64,000 bases of DNA from a virus: positions 600-64,599 of IMG/VR virus record IMGVR_UViG_3300032893_000037. One strand, written 5' to 3'. Shown piece after piece: positions 33,200 to 42,569 of the stretch. How positions within the stretch are numbered: the first letter of the stretch is position 1; every line of letters begins with the position of its first letter. Below the pieces are notes generated by a model, which was not told where the DNA came from, searched no databases, and worked only from the letters and a program-made list of their open reading frames with translations. Made by a program: the position numbers and the translations under genes.

Positions 33200-33403
33200 C
33201 GCCCACACGCGCACGCACGCGCACACTTGCGAAACGAGACGGCTCGCACACGCGGGCCGTTTTCGTTTTGAGGGCCTACGATCAAAATTCTTGCGGCAAA
33301 TTTCGCGCTACGCTGGCGAACGCCCCAAAAACCATCACGGACACGCCCAGAGCGGGAAAGCCGCGTACGGCCTTCCTACGCGCTCTGGCGCGGTGTCCGC
33401 GGA

Positions 33404-33643
33404 TTAGGGCGTTGGTGACGGTGGCGGCGGCGGGTTGAGCGCGGCTTGCGCATTCGCGACCGCGGTATTGAGCGAGGACGCTTGCGCGTTGATGTTGCTC
33501 ACGGCGGTTTCAATCGCGGCGCTGTCGTTACTCGCGAGCGCGGCTTGCAGCGCGCTCAGTTCGGATTGGATTTGTGCGACGGCGCTGGAGACGGCGGAAG
33601 TCAGTCCGGTAACAGCGGCGTTCAGATCGTCAATCGCGGCCAT
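33404..33643 (-). CDS. Ala-rich coiled-coil protein
   Basis: MAAIDDLNAAVTGLTSAVSSAVAQIQSELSALQAAL; SD aaggag. Confidence 0.65.
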   Translation of the reverse strand: MAAIDDLNAAVTGLTSAVSSAVAQIQSELSALQAALASNDSAAIETAVSNINAQASSLNTAVANAQAALNPPPPPSPTP

Positions 33644-33813
33644 GATGCGGGCTCCTTGTTCGAGGATCAGGGGAATCAGGGACAGGTTGCGGAATCGCCA
33701 CACGCGCGGGTCTCCTTGCGGTGGTTTCACGGGTCGATGCACGGCATGGGGCTTGCGCGCGACGGGGACAGCACGGTGGGGACGTAGGTGAGCAGCCACC
33801 CGCCGCCGCGCGC

Positions 33814-33843
33814 AAAGAAAAACCCCCGGAAGGGGTCCGGGGG
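33814..33843 (-). terminator. Intrinsic terminator
   Basis: CCCCCGGA/TCCGGGGG stem followed by TTTTTCTTT on minus strand. Confidence 0.7.
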
Positions 33844-33918
33844 TAAGTGGAGGGGGATCAATCAGGAAGGTCGCATTACTGCGACTGCCGATTTATGTCT
33901 CGTAAAATTCCGGTTCTG

Positions 33919-34587
33919 TCAACACACCTCCGGCGACGCACGCTCGGAAACGCGAGAAACGCTTGCGGCTGTAGCACGAGATGCGATGCGTTGCGGTTTG
34001 ATGAATCCACGCTGCATGTACACCAGTCCGTCCAAAGCCTCACAAATCCGCGGCCATGGCTGTTTGGGATTGAACGGCACACCGGCACGCGCCAAGGCGA
34101 CGGGGGCTGGGTGCATCTCGCCGCAGAACGCTTGCAGGATCGCGAAGTCGTTGCGCGACAGGGTGTGGCGGATGTCGGCGATGCGGTCGGAGGCGAGCTG
34201 TTTGGCTTCGGTCCAGAACAGGCCGGTATAACCGCTGATGCCCATCACGGTGCTGTCGCGCGAGCCTGAGCGGTGCATGACGAACCATGTGCGTTCGAAC
34301 TGTTCGCCCGCATCGAGGCGTTCATCCGCGGCGACGATGAGGCTTTCTGCGAATCCTGGCGGGTAGGTGGTGACGAGATGGCCGCGGTAGAACGCGAGCA
34401 CGAGTGGCGAGTAGCCGATGTTGCGAAAGCGTTTGGCGTAACCGGATTGCATGTCGATCAGCTCGTCCTTGAACACCTGACCGGGGCCGCTCTTGGGCCG
34501 GATCGGTGCATCGCCTTGCGGTGTCGGTGTGCCTTGCTTGACGACTTTTTTCGCGGCCTCGCGACGGCGGCGTGATTTCCTGCTCAT
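33919..34587 (-). CDS. DUF6456-like putative late regulator
   Basis: LVLAFYRGHL...RLDAGEQFERTW...ILQAFCGE pattern at end of replication operon. Confidence 0.55.
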   Translation of the reverse strand: MSRKSRRRREAAKKVVKQGTPTPQGDAPIRPKSGPGQVFKDELIDMQSGYAKRFRNIGYSPLVLAFYRGHLVTTYPPGFAESLIVAADERLDAGEQFERTWFVMHRSGSRDSTVMGISGYTGLFWTEAKQLASDRIADIRHTLSRNDFAILQAFCGEMHPAPVALARAGVPFNPKQPWPRICEALDGLVYMQRGFIKPQRIASRATAASVSRVSERASPEVC

Positions 34588-35042
34588 CGGTCGAACCACG
34601 ATTTTGGAATTTCATCTTCGCGCCAGTGCGGTTGCCAATGTTCGCGTCGCAGCAGCCACCACTGGATCGGGCGCTGCATCAAATCCATGTTGAGATCGCG
34701 CGGTGTTTCCGATGCTGCCTCTTTGGCCTGCGCTTCGATCAGCTTGATGCCGTCGATGATTTGCCCGCTCGTCGGGAAGAACCTGTTCTTGCCATCGCGG
34801 CGGTAATTCTGGATCGAACGCTCGATGAGCCAGATCGGAAAACTGCGCAGATCATCCACGTACATCGCATACAGCTCACGCGCCAGCTCCGGCGTGAATT
34901 CCGGACGCCAGTACAGCAACGACAGCTGCGCCAGCATCTGGATGATCGCGCGGTCCTTTTGCCGGTCAATCTCCGGTTTTGGGGTCTCGGATGAGGCTTG
35001 CGAGTCCGGCAAGGTGGGCTTGGATTGGGGCTGGTCGTCCAT
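34584..35042 (-). CDS. Replication accessory protein (helicase-loader-like)
   Basis: YVDDLRSFPIWLIERSIQNYR...FFPTSGQI directly after initiator. Confidence 0.5.
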   Translation of the reverse strand: MDDQPQSKPTLPDSQASSETPKPEIDRQKDRAIIQMLAQLSLLYWRPEFTPELARELYAMYVDDLRSFPIWLIERSIQNYRRDGKNRFFPTSGQIIDGIKLIEAQAKEAASETPRDLNMDLMQRPIQWWLLRREHWQPHWREDEIPKSWFDR

Positions 35043-35832
35043 GTCGTGTTCCGTTGAGTGCGAGGCGATCTTGTTCCTTGGCGAGCCACTGGTTCATGAA
35101 CCGCGGCATTCCACGTCGCGTCTTGCGCAAGGTTGGATTGTCGATGGCCCAGCGCCGCATCTCGCGCAGCTGCTGTCGGATGTCGACGCCTGGGTAGGTG
35201 CGCTCGTAGTCGGCGACCACGCTTTCGCCAACGTGGAATTCTTCGTTTCCCAAAATCGGGATCACCACGAAGTCGGGCTCGATCACGGCGGGCGGCGGAG
35301 CGGGCTTCGGAGAAGCCGCGACGCAAACACCCGAACGAAGTGAGGGTGTATCTTCTCTTTCTTTCTCTCTCTCTCCCTCTAAGAGCGTTTTCCGGTGGAA
35401 TTCCGCTGGAACTGGTGTTGGAATTCCGCTGGAATTCTTCTCGCGTTTCCGTTGGCGATCCGCCGCTTTTCTGGTCTCGTATCGCTGCCTTCCGGTGAAG
35501 GCGTCACGCGCCATTTCGCACAGGAAGCCGTGGTAGTACCGACCGTCACTGCATAGCGTAAAGCCGTGCATCGCCTGCGACTTTATCTTCCGCCATGTAC
35601 GCAGATCGCGGCCCAGTCCGGCCAAGCTGCACAGCGTGGTGTCATCGTTTGGAAGCGAACCAGCTGGCACCTGATGCCACGCCTTTCCCCACAATGTTAC
35701 CCCCGCTCTCCACGCGGCATCGTTGGTGATGGTGTTGAAGTCAGAATTGAAGAGCGCGAGCAGATCGAGCTTCATCCAGCGGAAGCTGCGGAGATCGAGG
35801 TCGGGTGTTGCGAGTGGTTCCGGCAGGTCCAT
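34966..35832 (-). CDS. Replication initiator (DUF1376/YdaU-like N-terminus)
   Basis: LPEPL...WMKLD...AWHQVPAGSLPNDD..LCSLAGLGRD...CSDGRYYH. Confidence 0.8.
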   Translation of the reverse strand: MDLPEPLATPDLDLRSFRWMKLDLLALFNSDFNTITNDAAWRAGVTLWGKAWHQVPAGSLPNDDTTLCSLAGLGRDLRTWRKIKSQAMHGFTLCSDGRYYHGFLCEMARDAFTGRQRYETRKAADRQRKREKNSSGIPTPVPAEFHRKTLLEGEREKEREDTPSLRSGVCVAASPKPAPPPAVIEPDFVVIPILGNEEFHVGESVVADYERTYPGVDIRQQLREMRRWAIDNPTLRKTRRGMPRFMNQWLAKEQDRLALNGTRHGRPAPIQAHLAGLASLIRDPKTGD

Positions 35833-35885
35833 GGACTGTCCCCCTACCGTTCGCGTGGTACGTCCGCCGCGTGTCGGAAGCAATA

Positions 35886-35909
35886 GAAAAGCCCCGCAAA
35901 ACGGGGCTT
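35886..35909 (-). terminator. Hairpin / intrinsic terminator
   Basis: AAGCCCCG/CGGGGCTT stem with T-run on minus strand. Confidence 0.55.
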
Positions 35910-35911
35910 CC

Positions 35912-35930
35912 CTGTACGCACCATGTTCAT
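35912..35930 (-). promoter_or_regulatory. GAAC-N7-GTAC site (alphaproteobacterial LexA-box-like variant of the motif)
   Basis: Minus strand ATGAACATGGTGCGTACAG upstream of initiator. Confidence 0.45.
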
Positions 35931-35963
35931 CGCATAAGCGCGCTTAACGTTGCAGGAATGCGC

Positions 35964-36233
35964 TTACTGTCTCGTCACGCGATCCAGCAGACAAGCGAGT
36001 TTGACGCTCTTGGGATCGTCGGGGCGGCCTGCTGTAGAAACCACTACAACCTGTTTGCAGGTGTCGCAGGTGATGAGGTACTGGCCGCAACGTGGTGCGG
36101 GATATTTCAGCTGCACCGTGCAAGTCGCGGGAGCGCCGCGTGACGCGTCGATGTCGATGCCATTGGGGTATTCCGGATCGGGCTCGCATTGTGGTGCGCG
36201 CCCGCTGTCAAACCATCTCGCTCGCAACATCAC
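35964..36233 (-). CDS. Small Cys-containing protein
   Basis: CGQYLITCDTC. Confidence 0.55.
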   Translation of the reverse strand: MMLRARWFDSGRAPQCEPDPEYPNGIDIDASRGAPATCTVQLKYPAPRCGQYLITCDTCKQVVVVSTAGRPDDPKSVKLACLLDRVTRQ

Positions 36234-36880
36234 ATTCTCACAGGCGCGTGTCGGTTCGCTGTTCGCAGGAAATGATCCTCATCGTGCTCCAGCAGGAATT
36301 TCTGGATCAACAGCTGGTCGCCCATGGGGATTTCGTGCGCGGCGTGCGCACAAAGCCGGTGGCGCACATTGTCGCCGTCCAGCACATCGACGTTGCCGAT
36401 CAATGAGCCGGAGCGGATGCGATACTTCTGTTTGCTGCGGCCACCTTCAACGACAAAGAAGCCGTGGCGCTGGTATGTCTCGCGTTGTTCGGCAGTAAGA
36501 TGTTCGATCAACAGCTCACGCGCACGTGCGGCGGCGGCATGAGGATCATGCGCCGCGATCCGTGCTCGGACCTCTTGTGCGCGATCTGGCTCACGCACAG
36601 CGGCCCGCGATTCCGTCAGCGCAATGCAATCCTCCAGCGCGATTGCTTCATCCGCGCTTAGACCAAGGTTGGCGTAGTACGGCGCTTGCATGATGGGATA
36701 GCTGGTTGGATAGAGGATGATCGTTGAACTGGTAGTGCCAACGACGGTGTAGGTGAACGTTCCGCCCGTTACGCCACTCGTGACGATCACATTGTTGTAG
36801 TTCGGGTACGTTGCCGGGTGCAGGGTTGGGGCGGTGCCGCCAACCCCGAACCCGAACGGTGCCGTCATCGTGCGCGGCAT
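36230..36880 (-). CDS. Hypothetical protein, partner of the GG-tailed protein
   Basis: RARELLIEHL...RLCAH...PMGDQLLIQKFLLEHDEDHFLRTAN. Confidence 0.65.
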   Translation of the reverse strand: MPRTMTAPFGFGVGGTAPTLHPATYPNYNNVIVTSGVTGGTFTYTVVGTTSSTIILYPTSYPIMQAPYYANLGLSADEAIALEDCIALTESRAAVREPDRAQEVRARIAAHDPHAAAARARELLIEHLTAEQRETYQRHGFFVVEGGRSKQKYRIRSGSLIGNVDVLDGDNVRHRLCAHAAHEIPMGDQLLIQKFLLEHDEDHFLRTANRHAPVRM

Positions 36881-36881
36881 A

Positions 36882-37109
36882 TCAGCCGCCTTGGATGGGC
36901 GGCGTCAGAATCATCTCTTCAACGCTGGGGTCGAAGCGCTCCAGCCTCTTGCCCTTCTCGCCGCCTTCGGAGACGAAGGCCGAGTAGCCCTTGGACTTCA
37001 TCTTGTCGAACGTGGCGCGTGCTGCATTGACTTCATCTTCCTTGTCCGGGTCCCACTGCACGTTCATGTGGCCCGAACGGTCAAGAATATTCATGTCACG
37101 GATGGTCAT
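36882..37109 (-). CDS. Beta-grasp (MoaD/ThiS/ubiquitin-like) protein ending in GG
   Basis: 75 aa with beta-beta-alpha-beta-beta-beta pattern; C-terminus EMILTPPIQGG; SD aaggga. Confidence 0.6.
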   Translation of the reverse strand: MTIRDMNILDRSGHMNVQWDPDKEDEVNAARATFDKMKSKGYSAFVSEGGEKGKRLERFDPSVEEMILTPPIQGG

Positions 37110-37130
37110 AAGAGCGTCCCTTCTCTTCTG

Positions 37131-37167
37131 GTGTACCGATGATGCACACTGTACCAGGCAGGCACAA
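37131..37167 (-). promoter_or_regulatory. Tandem GTGC-N7-GTAC motifs
   Basis: Minus strand TTGTGCCTGCCTGGTACAG and GTGTGCATCATCGGTACAC. Confidence 0.55.
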
Positions 37168-37171
37168 GGCC

Positions 37172-37510
37172 CTAGCCGCCTCCCCTGCTCCGCGCGAGAC
37201 TGTGGTACGCGATCTTGTGCTCTTCGGAGCAAAACTTGGCGTCTGCGCGACGGCCCGCACCGCGACCGGCTTCAAACCTCACACCACAATGCAGGCATTG
37301 CTTAATAGCGGCACGGGAAGCGGCCTTGATAATCAGCCGTGCATTCTGCTCATCATTGGGAAAGCGTGCAAAACTATGCCCGCAATGTTCGAACAACATG
37401 CAGACCCGTTCTCCCTCCGCATCGATAATCATCAGTCCTTCGTGAATGTCAGGGTCAATGCCGCCTTCAAGCCGGACGGTCTCTATGCTCCATGGACGCG
37501 GCGATTTCAT
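37172..37510 (-). CDS. Zn-finger hypothetical protein
   Basis: CLHC...AKFCSEEH; ATGA coupling. Confidence 0.55.
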   Translation of the reverse strand: MKSPRPWSIETVRLEGGIDPDIHEGLMIIDAEGERVCMLFEHCGHSFARFPNDEQNARLIIKAASRAAIKQCLHCGVRFEAGRGAGRRADAKFCSEEHKIAYHSLARSRGGG

Positions 37511-38451
37511 TGTTGCTGCTCTGCTATCCACGCATATGTCTCGCGCAACCCGTTCATCAGGTTCTCCATCGGAGCCCACCCAAGTTTCTCACGGATCAAC
37601 GCGTTGTTGGAAGTGCGCGCACCGACGCCGACCGGCCCTGGCACGTTGTTGTAGCGCAGTCGTTTGCCTGCGATGTCGCAGATCAGCGTCGCGAGCCCAT
37701 TGATCGTGATGATTCGCTCCGATCCGAGATTGATCGGTTCGCTGACATCGGACGACATGAGGCGACGGATGCCCTCGATGCACTCGTGGATATAGAGGAA
37801 CGAGCGCTGCTGTAGCCCGGTGCCCCAGATTTCGATCTCGCCGCCGTCCTTGGCTTCGGCGATCTTGCGGCACAACGCTGCCGGGGCCTTCTCTCTGCCG
37901 CCTTTGAAGGTGCCGTACGGGCCGAAGATGTTGTGGAAGCGGGCGATACGCACATCCATGCCGTCGCGGGCGTGGGCTTGCCACAGACGCTCGCTGTAGA
38001 GCTTTTCCCATCCGTATTCGCTGTCGGGATTGGCGGGGTAAGCCAGTTCCTCGATGCAGTCGGTGATGTTGGCGGGGTAGACGCACGCCGAAGAGGCGTA
38101 GAAGCAGCGTGCGTAGTGGACGTACTTATGGACCGCGGCGGCGACGTTCATGTTGATCAGCAGATTGTTCTGCATCACGGCGAGATCGTTCTCGCCCGTG
38201 AAGATGTAGCCCGCTCCGCCCATGTCGGCGGCGAGCTGGTAGATTTCGTCGGGCTCGCAGGCCATCACGTCGTCGGCACAGTCTTGCTTGCGCAGATCAC
38301 CGATGTAGAACTCGTCGCAAGCCGTCACGCCGAAGTGCGGCATGTGCAGATCGGCGCCGTAGACGCGGTAGTTCTCCAGCTTCAGCCGTTTGACGAGATG
38401 ATAGCCGATGAAGCCGCCGGCCCCGCAGACGAGTGCAGTTTTGGTCATCAC
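37507..38451 (-). CDS. NAD-dependent epimerase, GDP-mannose 3,5-epimerase-like
   Basis: GAGGFIG, QLAADMGGAGYI, YASSACVYP, YGWEK, REKAPAALCRK. Confidence 0.9.
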   Translation of the reverse strand: MMTKTALVCGAGGFIGYHLVKRLKLENYRVYGADLHMPHFGVTACDEFYIGDLRKQDCADDVMACEPDEIYQLAADMGGAGYIFTGENDLAVMQNNLLINMNVAAAVHKYVHYARCFYASSACVYPANITDCIEELAYPANPDSEYGWEKLYSERLWQAHARDGMDVRIARFHNIFGPYGTFKGGREKAPAALCRKIAEAKDGGEIEIWGTGLQQRSFLYIHECIEGIRRLMSSDVSEPINLGSERIITINGLATLICDIAGKRLRYNNVPGPVGVGARTSNNALIREKLGWAPMENLMNGLRETYAWIAEQQQ

Positions 38452-38765
38452 AATCCCTTCTTCAGCTGCAATTCAAACAACGCCAGGATCGCCAGCGTTT
38501 CTTTCTTCTTGGCGGCAGCGAAGCCGGGTGGATAGCCGTACCGCTTGTGGTTGTTCCGCGCGTATGTCCGCGTGTGTTTGCGATATTGCTCAATGGTGAA
38601 GTCGCGGCACCCAGCCTTCACGCGAATCATGCGCGGCCCGGACTTGACCAGAAGAAAGACAAAGCCGTCGCTGCGTGTCGCCACGGACAGAACTTGGTTA
38701 CCGTACCGAGACCACTCCCGCACTGCATTACCAACGGTGTCATCGCCAACATAAAGATCGCTCAT
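38448..38765 (-). CDS. Hypothetical protein
   Basis: ATGA-coupled. Confidence 0.6.
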   Translation of the reverse strand: MSDLYVGDDTVGNAVREWSRYGNQVLSVATRSDGFVFLLVKSGPRMIRVKAGCRDFTIEQYRKHTRTYARNNHKRYGYPPGFAAAKKKETLAILALFELQLKKGL

Positions 38766-39676
38766 TTCCGCTGTTCCTTCTTGATCAACGTGACCTTGGC
38801 TTCCAGTCCGGCGATGTAGCCGGTGAGGTCGTAAGGCCGCGGCACTTGGATGAAATACTCGTTCTCCAGCCACTTCTCGCAGGCCATGACGCAGCGCGCG
38901 CAGAGATCGTTGATGGTATTCCAGTTCGTGCCGCGTCCGCGCCGGGTCGTGCCCAGAATCAGCTCCACGACGGCCTGCACACCGTCCATCTTGCCGTGGC
39001 TGCGTTCGCCGCCATTGCCGAACACCGCAGTCCAGAACGGCACCACCTTCATGCCGTGACGGCGATAGGTCAGGATGAACGCGGCAAGGACGCCGCTCGC
39101 ACACTCCCCAGGTTTGAGGTTGTACGAGTCCAGCGCGAACAGCTCGGTGGCGAACTCATCGATGGCCGCGTAGATGTCGAAGGGCACCTTCTTGATCTTG
39201 CCGTTGCTGTCGCGCTTCTGCTCGTGGCTGGACATGGCGCGCCCGCAATAGACGTTCCACACGCCTTTGAGCGCCGACGAGATGCCGCCCCGCTGGAGCA
39301 GCACCGAGTCCGGATGGAACTTCAGATGGCCGAAGGCGCCGGACACCTTGTCGGCGACGGTTTCGAGCGCTTCCTTGGAGTCGAAGGTGCGATAGAGGTC
39401 CATCGCCTCCGCTTCGTTCTTGACCGGCACCAGATGGCATTCGACGTGGCCGCTGCGGGGCTGCGGAATTTCGTTGCGCTTCCACAGCAGCGCGCGGGTA
39501 TGGCCGTCCAGCTTGACGATCTTGCCGTCCGGAAACTCGCAGGCGAACACGATCCAGTGCGTGGGCTTCGGCGTGTGCAGATGCTTGGCCTTCTGCGCGT
39601 GGCGCTCGGTGTCCCGCTGGATCGGGTTGTCGGGCACCGCGATCCATTCACGAACTGTCATTAGCTTAGTCGGCAT
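38762..39676 (-). CDS. ParB/Srx-like N-terminal domain protein
   Basis: NPIQRDTE...IVKLDGHTRALLW. Confidence 0.65.
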   Translation of the reverse strand: MPTKLMTVREWIAVPDNPIQRDTERHAQKAKHLHTPKPTHWIVFACEFPDGKIVKLDGHTRALLWKRNEIPQPRSGHVECHLVPVKNEAEAMDLYRTFDSKEALETVADKVSGAFGHLKFHPDSVLLQRGGISSALKGVWNVYCGRAMSSHEQKRDSNGKIKKVPFDIYAAIDEFATELFALDSYNLKPGECASGVLAAFILTYRRHGMKVVPFWTAVFGNGGERSHGKMDGVQAVVELILGTTRRGRGTNWNTINDLCARCVMACEKWLENEYFIQVPRPYDLTGYIAGLEAKVTLIKKEQRK

Positions 39677-39693
39677 ACGTCCCTCCGTGCCGG

Positions 39694-39915
39694 TTATTCT
39701 TTCGTTAGATAATCCGTATCGCTCAGCACCCGCAGCGTGACCGCAATGCAAAGCAGCAGAAACGCGACGCCGGAGACAGTCACCAGTCCCAGCAGCCCGA
39801 ACACCTCCAGCAGCCCGATGATCGCGAACAAAGGCACCGCGAGGCACATGCCCAGGAAGCCGACCACGACGACGAACGTCATCATCGCGGCGCCAAGCTT
39901 TTCGGTGATCCTCAT
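39694..39915 (-). CDS. Small membrane protein
   Basis: Two hydrophobic helices. Confidence 0.55.
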   Translation of the reverse strand: MRITEKLGAAMMTFVVVVGFLGMCLAVPLFAIIGLLEVFGLLGLVTVSGVAFLLLCIAVTLRVLSDTDYLTKE

Positions 39916-40334
39916 GGACGCCTCCGAAATAGGTGGGCGGCGATCCTGCTAACCGCCGCCCGGATGCCGCCGTTTCGCAGAGGCATCCACGAGCCCGTTG
40001 TGCTAAGGCTCGGTTCGCCGCCCCCAGTGGTGAGGTCAGCTTTATCAGCCGCCGCTTTATTCGCGGATCGGCCCCGCGCCGCTTGCGCGGCGTAGCCGTA
40101 GAAAGCACCAGTCACGCGCTTGACAATGCTCTGTCTGGCATCGCGCTGGCCCTTCTGGGTGAGATATTCGGGATGGTTGGCGAAAGCATCCCGCACGGCG
40201 CCGTCCGCAATCCGCCACAGCTGCCGATAGGTCGCATCCGGCATCTTCTGCATCTTGGTGCGCTTGGTACGCCGCGCATTGTGAACCACAGCCTTGCCGA
40301 GCTGGTGCGCCGTCAGATCGATTTGCCCACGCAT
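39912..40334 (-). CDS. Hypothetical protein
   Basis: In leftward operon. Confidence 0.5.
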   Translation of the reverse strand: MRGQIDLTAHQLGKAVVHNARRTKRTKMQKMPDATYRQLWRIADGAVRDAFANHPEYLTQKGQRDARQSIVKRVTGAFYGYAAQAARGRSANKAAADKADLTTGGGEPSLSTTGSWMPLRNGGIRAAVSRIAAHLFRRRP

Positions 40335-40494
40335 GCGTCTTTCCTCTTGGCTCTGGGCGCATACCGCCCGATCAGCGCGTCCTCTGGCGGCGGCACCTGA
40401 TCACGATCCACAAACGCGTCGTACCCGAACTTCCACTGCCGCCGCCCGATCTGGAAAGGGCCGCACCATAGGCCCGTCCGTGTGATCCAACGTT

Positions 40495-40818
40495 TCACAG
40501 AAACATTCCCCTTCTTTTCTTCCGGGAATGCAGCGCCAGATGATGTTTGCGGCAAAGCCACTTCACGCGCAGAGGCTTGCCGTAGTCGGGGTGGTGCATT
40601 TCGGCCTTCTTTCCACAGACACGGCATCGCTCGCGCTTCAATCGTCCGCGCTTGAGATACACGTTGGCGTAACTGCGCACGGCATCCTTCCGACGTTGGG
40701 CGGCAGTAAGCGGGTGCTGCTTGCGCCATTCCCGCATGTAGGCCGCGTGGCACGCCTTGCAGTAGCGTTGCCCCTTTGGTCGGTCGTTGTTGCCCCCACA
40801 TCCACCGCATATCCTCAA
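40495..40818 (-). CDS. HNH-like zinc-binding protein
   Basis: CRVCG..KAEMHHPDYGKPLRVKWLCRKHH; TTG overlaps upstream TGA. Confidence 0.7.
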   Translation of the reverse strand: MRICGGCGGNNDRPKGQRYCKACHAAYMREWRKQHPLTAAQRRKDAVRSYANVYLKRGRLKRERCRVCGKKAEMHHPDYGKPLRVKWLCRKHHLALHSRKKRRGMFL

Positions 40819-40991
40819 GCGATCCTCTTTCGCGGCTTGTAGTCGGGGAACTCGATGCCGCCCAAGCGGCAGTAGCGCTCCAGTGTCTTGCGTGAGCGCC
40901 GCATGACCAGCCTGCCGGTACACCATTCGAGGGTCTTGCCCTGAGCGGCGAACCTCCGCAGCAGTTCGATCATGCGCTCACGATGCTTCAC
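40815..40991 (-). CDS. Small hypothetical protein
   Basis: GTGA coupling. Confidence 0.5.
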   Translation of the reverse strand: MKHRERMIELLRRFAAQGKTLEWCTGRLVMRRSRKTLERYCRLGGIEFPDYKPRKRIA

Positions 40992-41416
40992 ACCACGCCT
41001 CCCGCCCGGACGAAGTGGTAACGGCACCAGCGCTTGCGAAAGACGGGGTGGCCGCACATCTGGGCCTTCGCTCCAGGTTCTCCGGCGATCCACTGGCAGT
41101 GCGCGTCCTTGCAGTTCGCCATGGTGATCGGCTTGCCATCGAGGCGCATCGGTTTGGGCTCGCGGTTGCCGCTCAAGAACTCCACGCGTTGCGGGTCCTG
41201 CCGGTATTCACGCGTGGGCCTTGCATCGATCTGCATCACCGGCCAGTTATCGCGCAGCGCCTTCTTGCGCACGGCATCCTTGGTGTAGCCGTGGCCCAAA
41301 GCGTTGGCGATTGCGGTGGGGCCGACGCGTTCAAACCACATCTTCTTGGCACGCTCCGTTGTCGCTGAGTCCCACTTGCGGAAGTCCACTGCCATCTTGT
41401 GTTTTGGCTTGCTCAT
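40988..41416 (-). CDS. GcrA-like regulator
   Basis: N-terminal HTH (W...IANALGHGYTKDAVRKK), C-terminal CQWIAGEP...MCGHP...WCRYH. Confidence 0.7.
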   Translation of the reverse strand: MSKPKHKMAVDFRKWDSATTERAKKMWFERVGPTAIANALGHGYTKDAVRKKALRDNWPVMQIDARPTREYRQDPQRVEFLSGNREPKPMRLDGKPITMANCKDAHCQWIAGEPGAKAQMCGHPVFRKRWCRYHFVRAGGVV

Positions 41417-41891
41417 GCTCTTGCCCCATGTCCGGCTCGTCCGGCGCCCGCGTGCTGGGCACATCGAGCGCCCCTTCGTCCAGGGTTTGCACCCGGACAT
41501 AGATGTGTTCGGGCACCATCGTGTAGCGGCGCACGAAGCTGACACGGGCGATCTGGAGATCGTCGGTGTAGACGATGTGGTTCATCGCATCGGACAGCAG
41601 CTTCAGCACGTTGTCGCAATCGGGCTTGCCGGTGATCCATTTCGTGATGCCGCGTTTCTTCTTCGACCACGACGGCGGCGGGTTCAGCCACATGTTGACG
41701 TGCAGCTCCACCGGCCCTTCCATCTTCGCGACGCCACGCATGGCTTGCGCTGCGAAGTGGCGGACCAGCGCTTCATGGCTGCGGGTCTTCTTGGCGGTGT
41801 AGACGGTGATGCGGCCAAACTTATCCGCCACGGCGCGTCCACGAGCCTTGCCCGCGATCCTGCCGGGTATGGTGAAGCTGATGCTGGTCAT
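41331..41891 (-). CDS. rusA: RusA-family Holliday junction resolvase
   Basis: GKARGR...KPDCDNVLKLLSDAMNHIVYTDDLQI. Confidence 0.85.
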   Translation of the reverse strand: MTSISFTIPGRIAGKARGRAVADKFGRITVYTAKKTRSHEALVRHFAAQAMRGVAKMEGPVELHVNMWLNPPPSWSKKKRGITKWITGKPDCDNVLKLLSDAMNHIVYTDDLQIARVSFVRRYTMVPEHIYVRVQTLDEGALDVPSTRAPDEPDMGQEHEQAKTQDGSGLPQVGLSDNGACQEDVV

Positions 41892-42223
41892 GCTTTGCCC
41901 CCTGTGCTTGTCCGGTACATGACCAATCTGCTAGCCTGCGACTCGCTGCCACGGCTGGGACGTGTCGTGATGCCGGATAAACTCGATGAAATGCGGCCTT
42001 TGCCGCCACTCGACGCGAATCTGATTCTGCTGGCCTGCAAACTGGAGCTGGAACGCAACGAGCGCGGCGCGGGCTGGTGTTTGCAATTCGGCATAGGCGG
42101 ACTGCGCCGCAAGAAACTGGGCATGGTGCCAGGCGACGGCGCTGGCGGTCGTGCGTCGGAACTGCTGCACCAGCTCTGCAAGAGCTGCACGCTCAAGTGT
42201 GTGCTGGCCGGGGAGTAGGTCAC
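41888..42223 (-). CDS. Hypothetical protein (after cro)
   Basis: GTGA coupling; product unclear. Confidence 0.4.
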   Translation of the reverse strand: MTYSPASTHLSVQLLQSWCSSSDARPPAPSPGTMPSFLRRSPPMPNCKHQPAPRSLRSSSSLQASRIRFASSGGKGRISSSLSGITTRPSRGSESQASRLVMYRTSTGGKA

Positions 42224-42438
42224 CGTGACCTCTTCATCTTCGGCGGCTGTCTTACGAAGTGGTGCCAGCGGATGCCGGTCAGCTGTTGCAGCTGCATCGC
42301 TGTTTTCGTGGAGGCGCAGGCAACGCCGCGGCGTATGCGGCTGATCTGAACGCGACTGATGGACTTGAGGCGCTTCGCGACCTCGCCGTCGTTCAGCTTG
42401 TTACGCGTCATCCACTCTTGAAGCTTGGTGTTCGTCAT
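42220..42438 (-). CDS. Cro-like HTH protein
   Basis: GEVAKRLKSISRVQISRIRRG; divergent from repressor. Confidence 0.75.
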   Translation of the reverse strand: MTNTKLQEWMTRNKLNDGEVAKRLKSISRVQISRIRRGVACASTKTAMQLQQLTGIRWHHFVRQPPKMKRSR

Positions 42439-42513
42439 GGCCGCGATGTACGGGGCCAGCACACCTCTGCGCAACAGTCGGTGCGCGTCTATTCACACTC
42501 TTCCCATCCCAAA

Positions 42514-42532
42514 GTGTACATGCTATGCACAC
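42514..42532. promoter_or_regulatory. Palindromic operator in the cI/cro switch
   Basis: GTGTACATGCTATGCACAC. Confidence 0.65.
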
Positions 42533-42569
42533 GAACCTATGGTTAAACTGATGTCCTAGGAGACCACCT

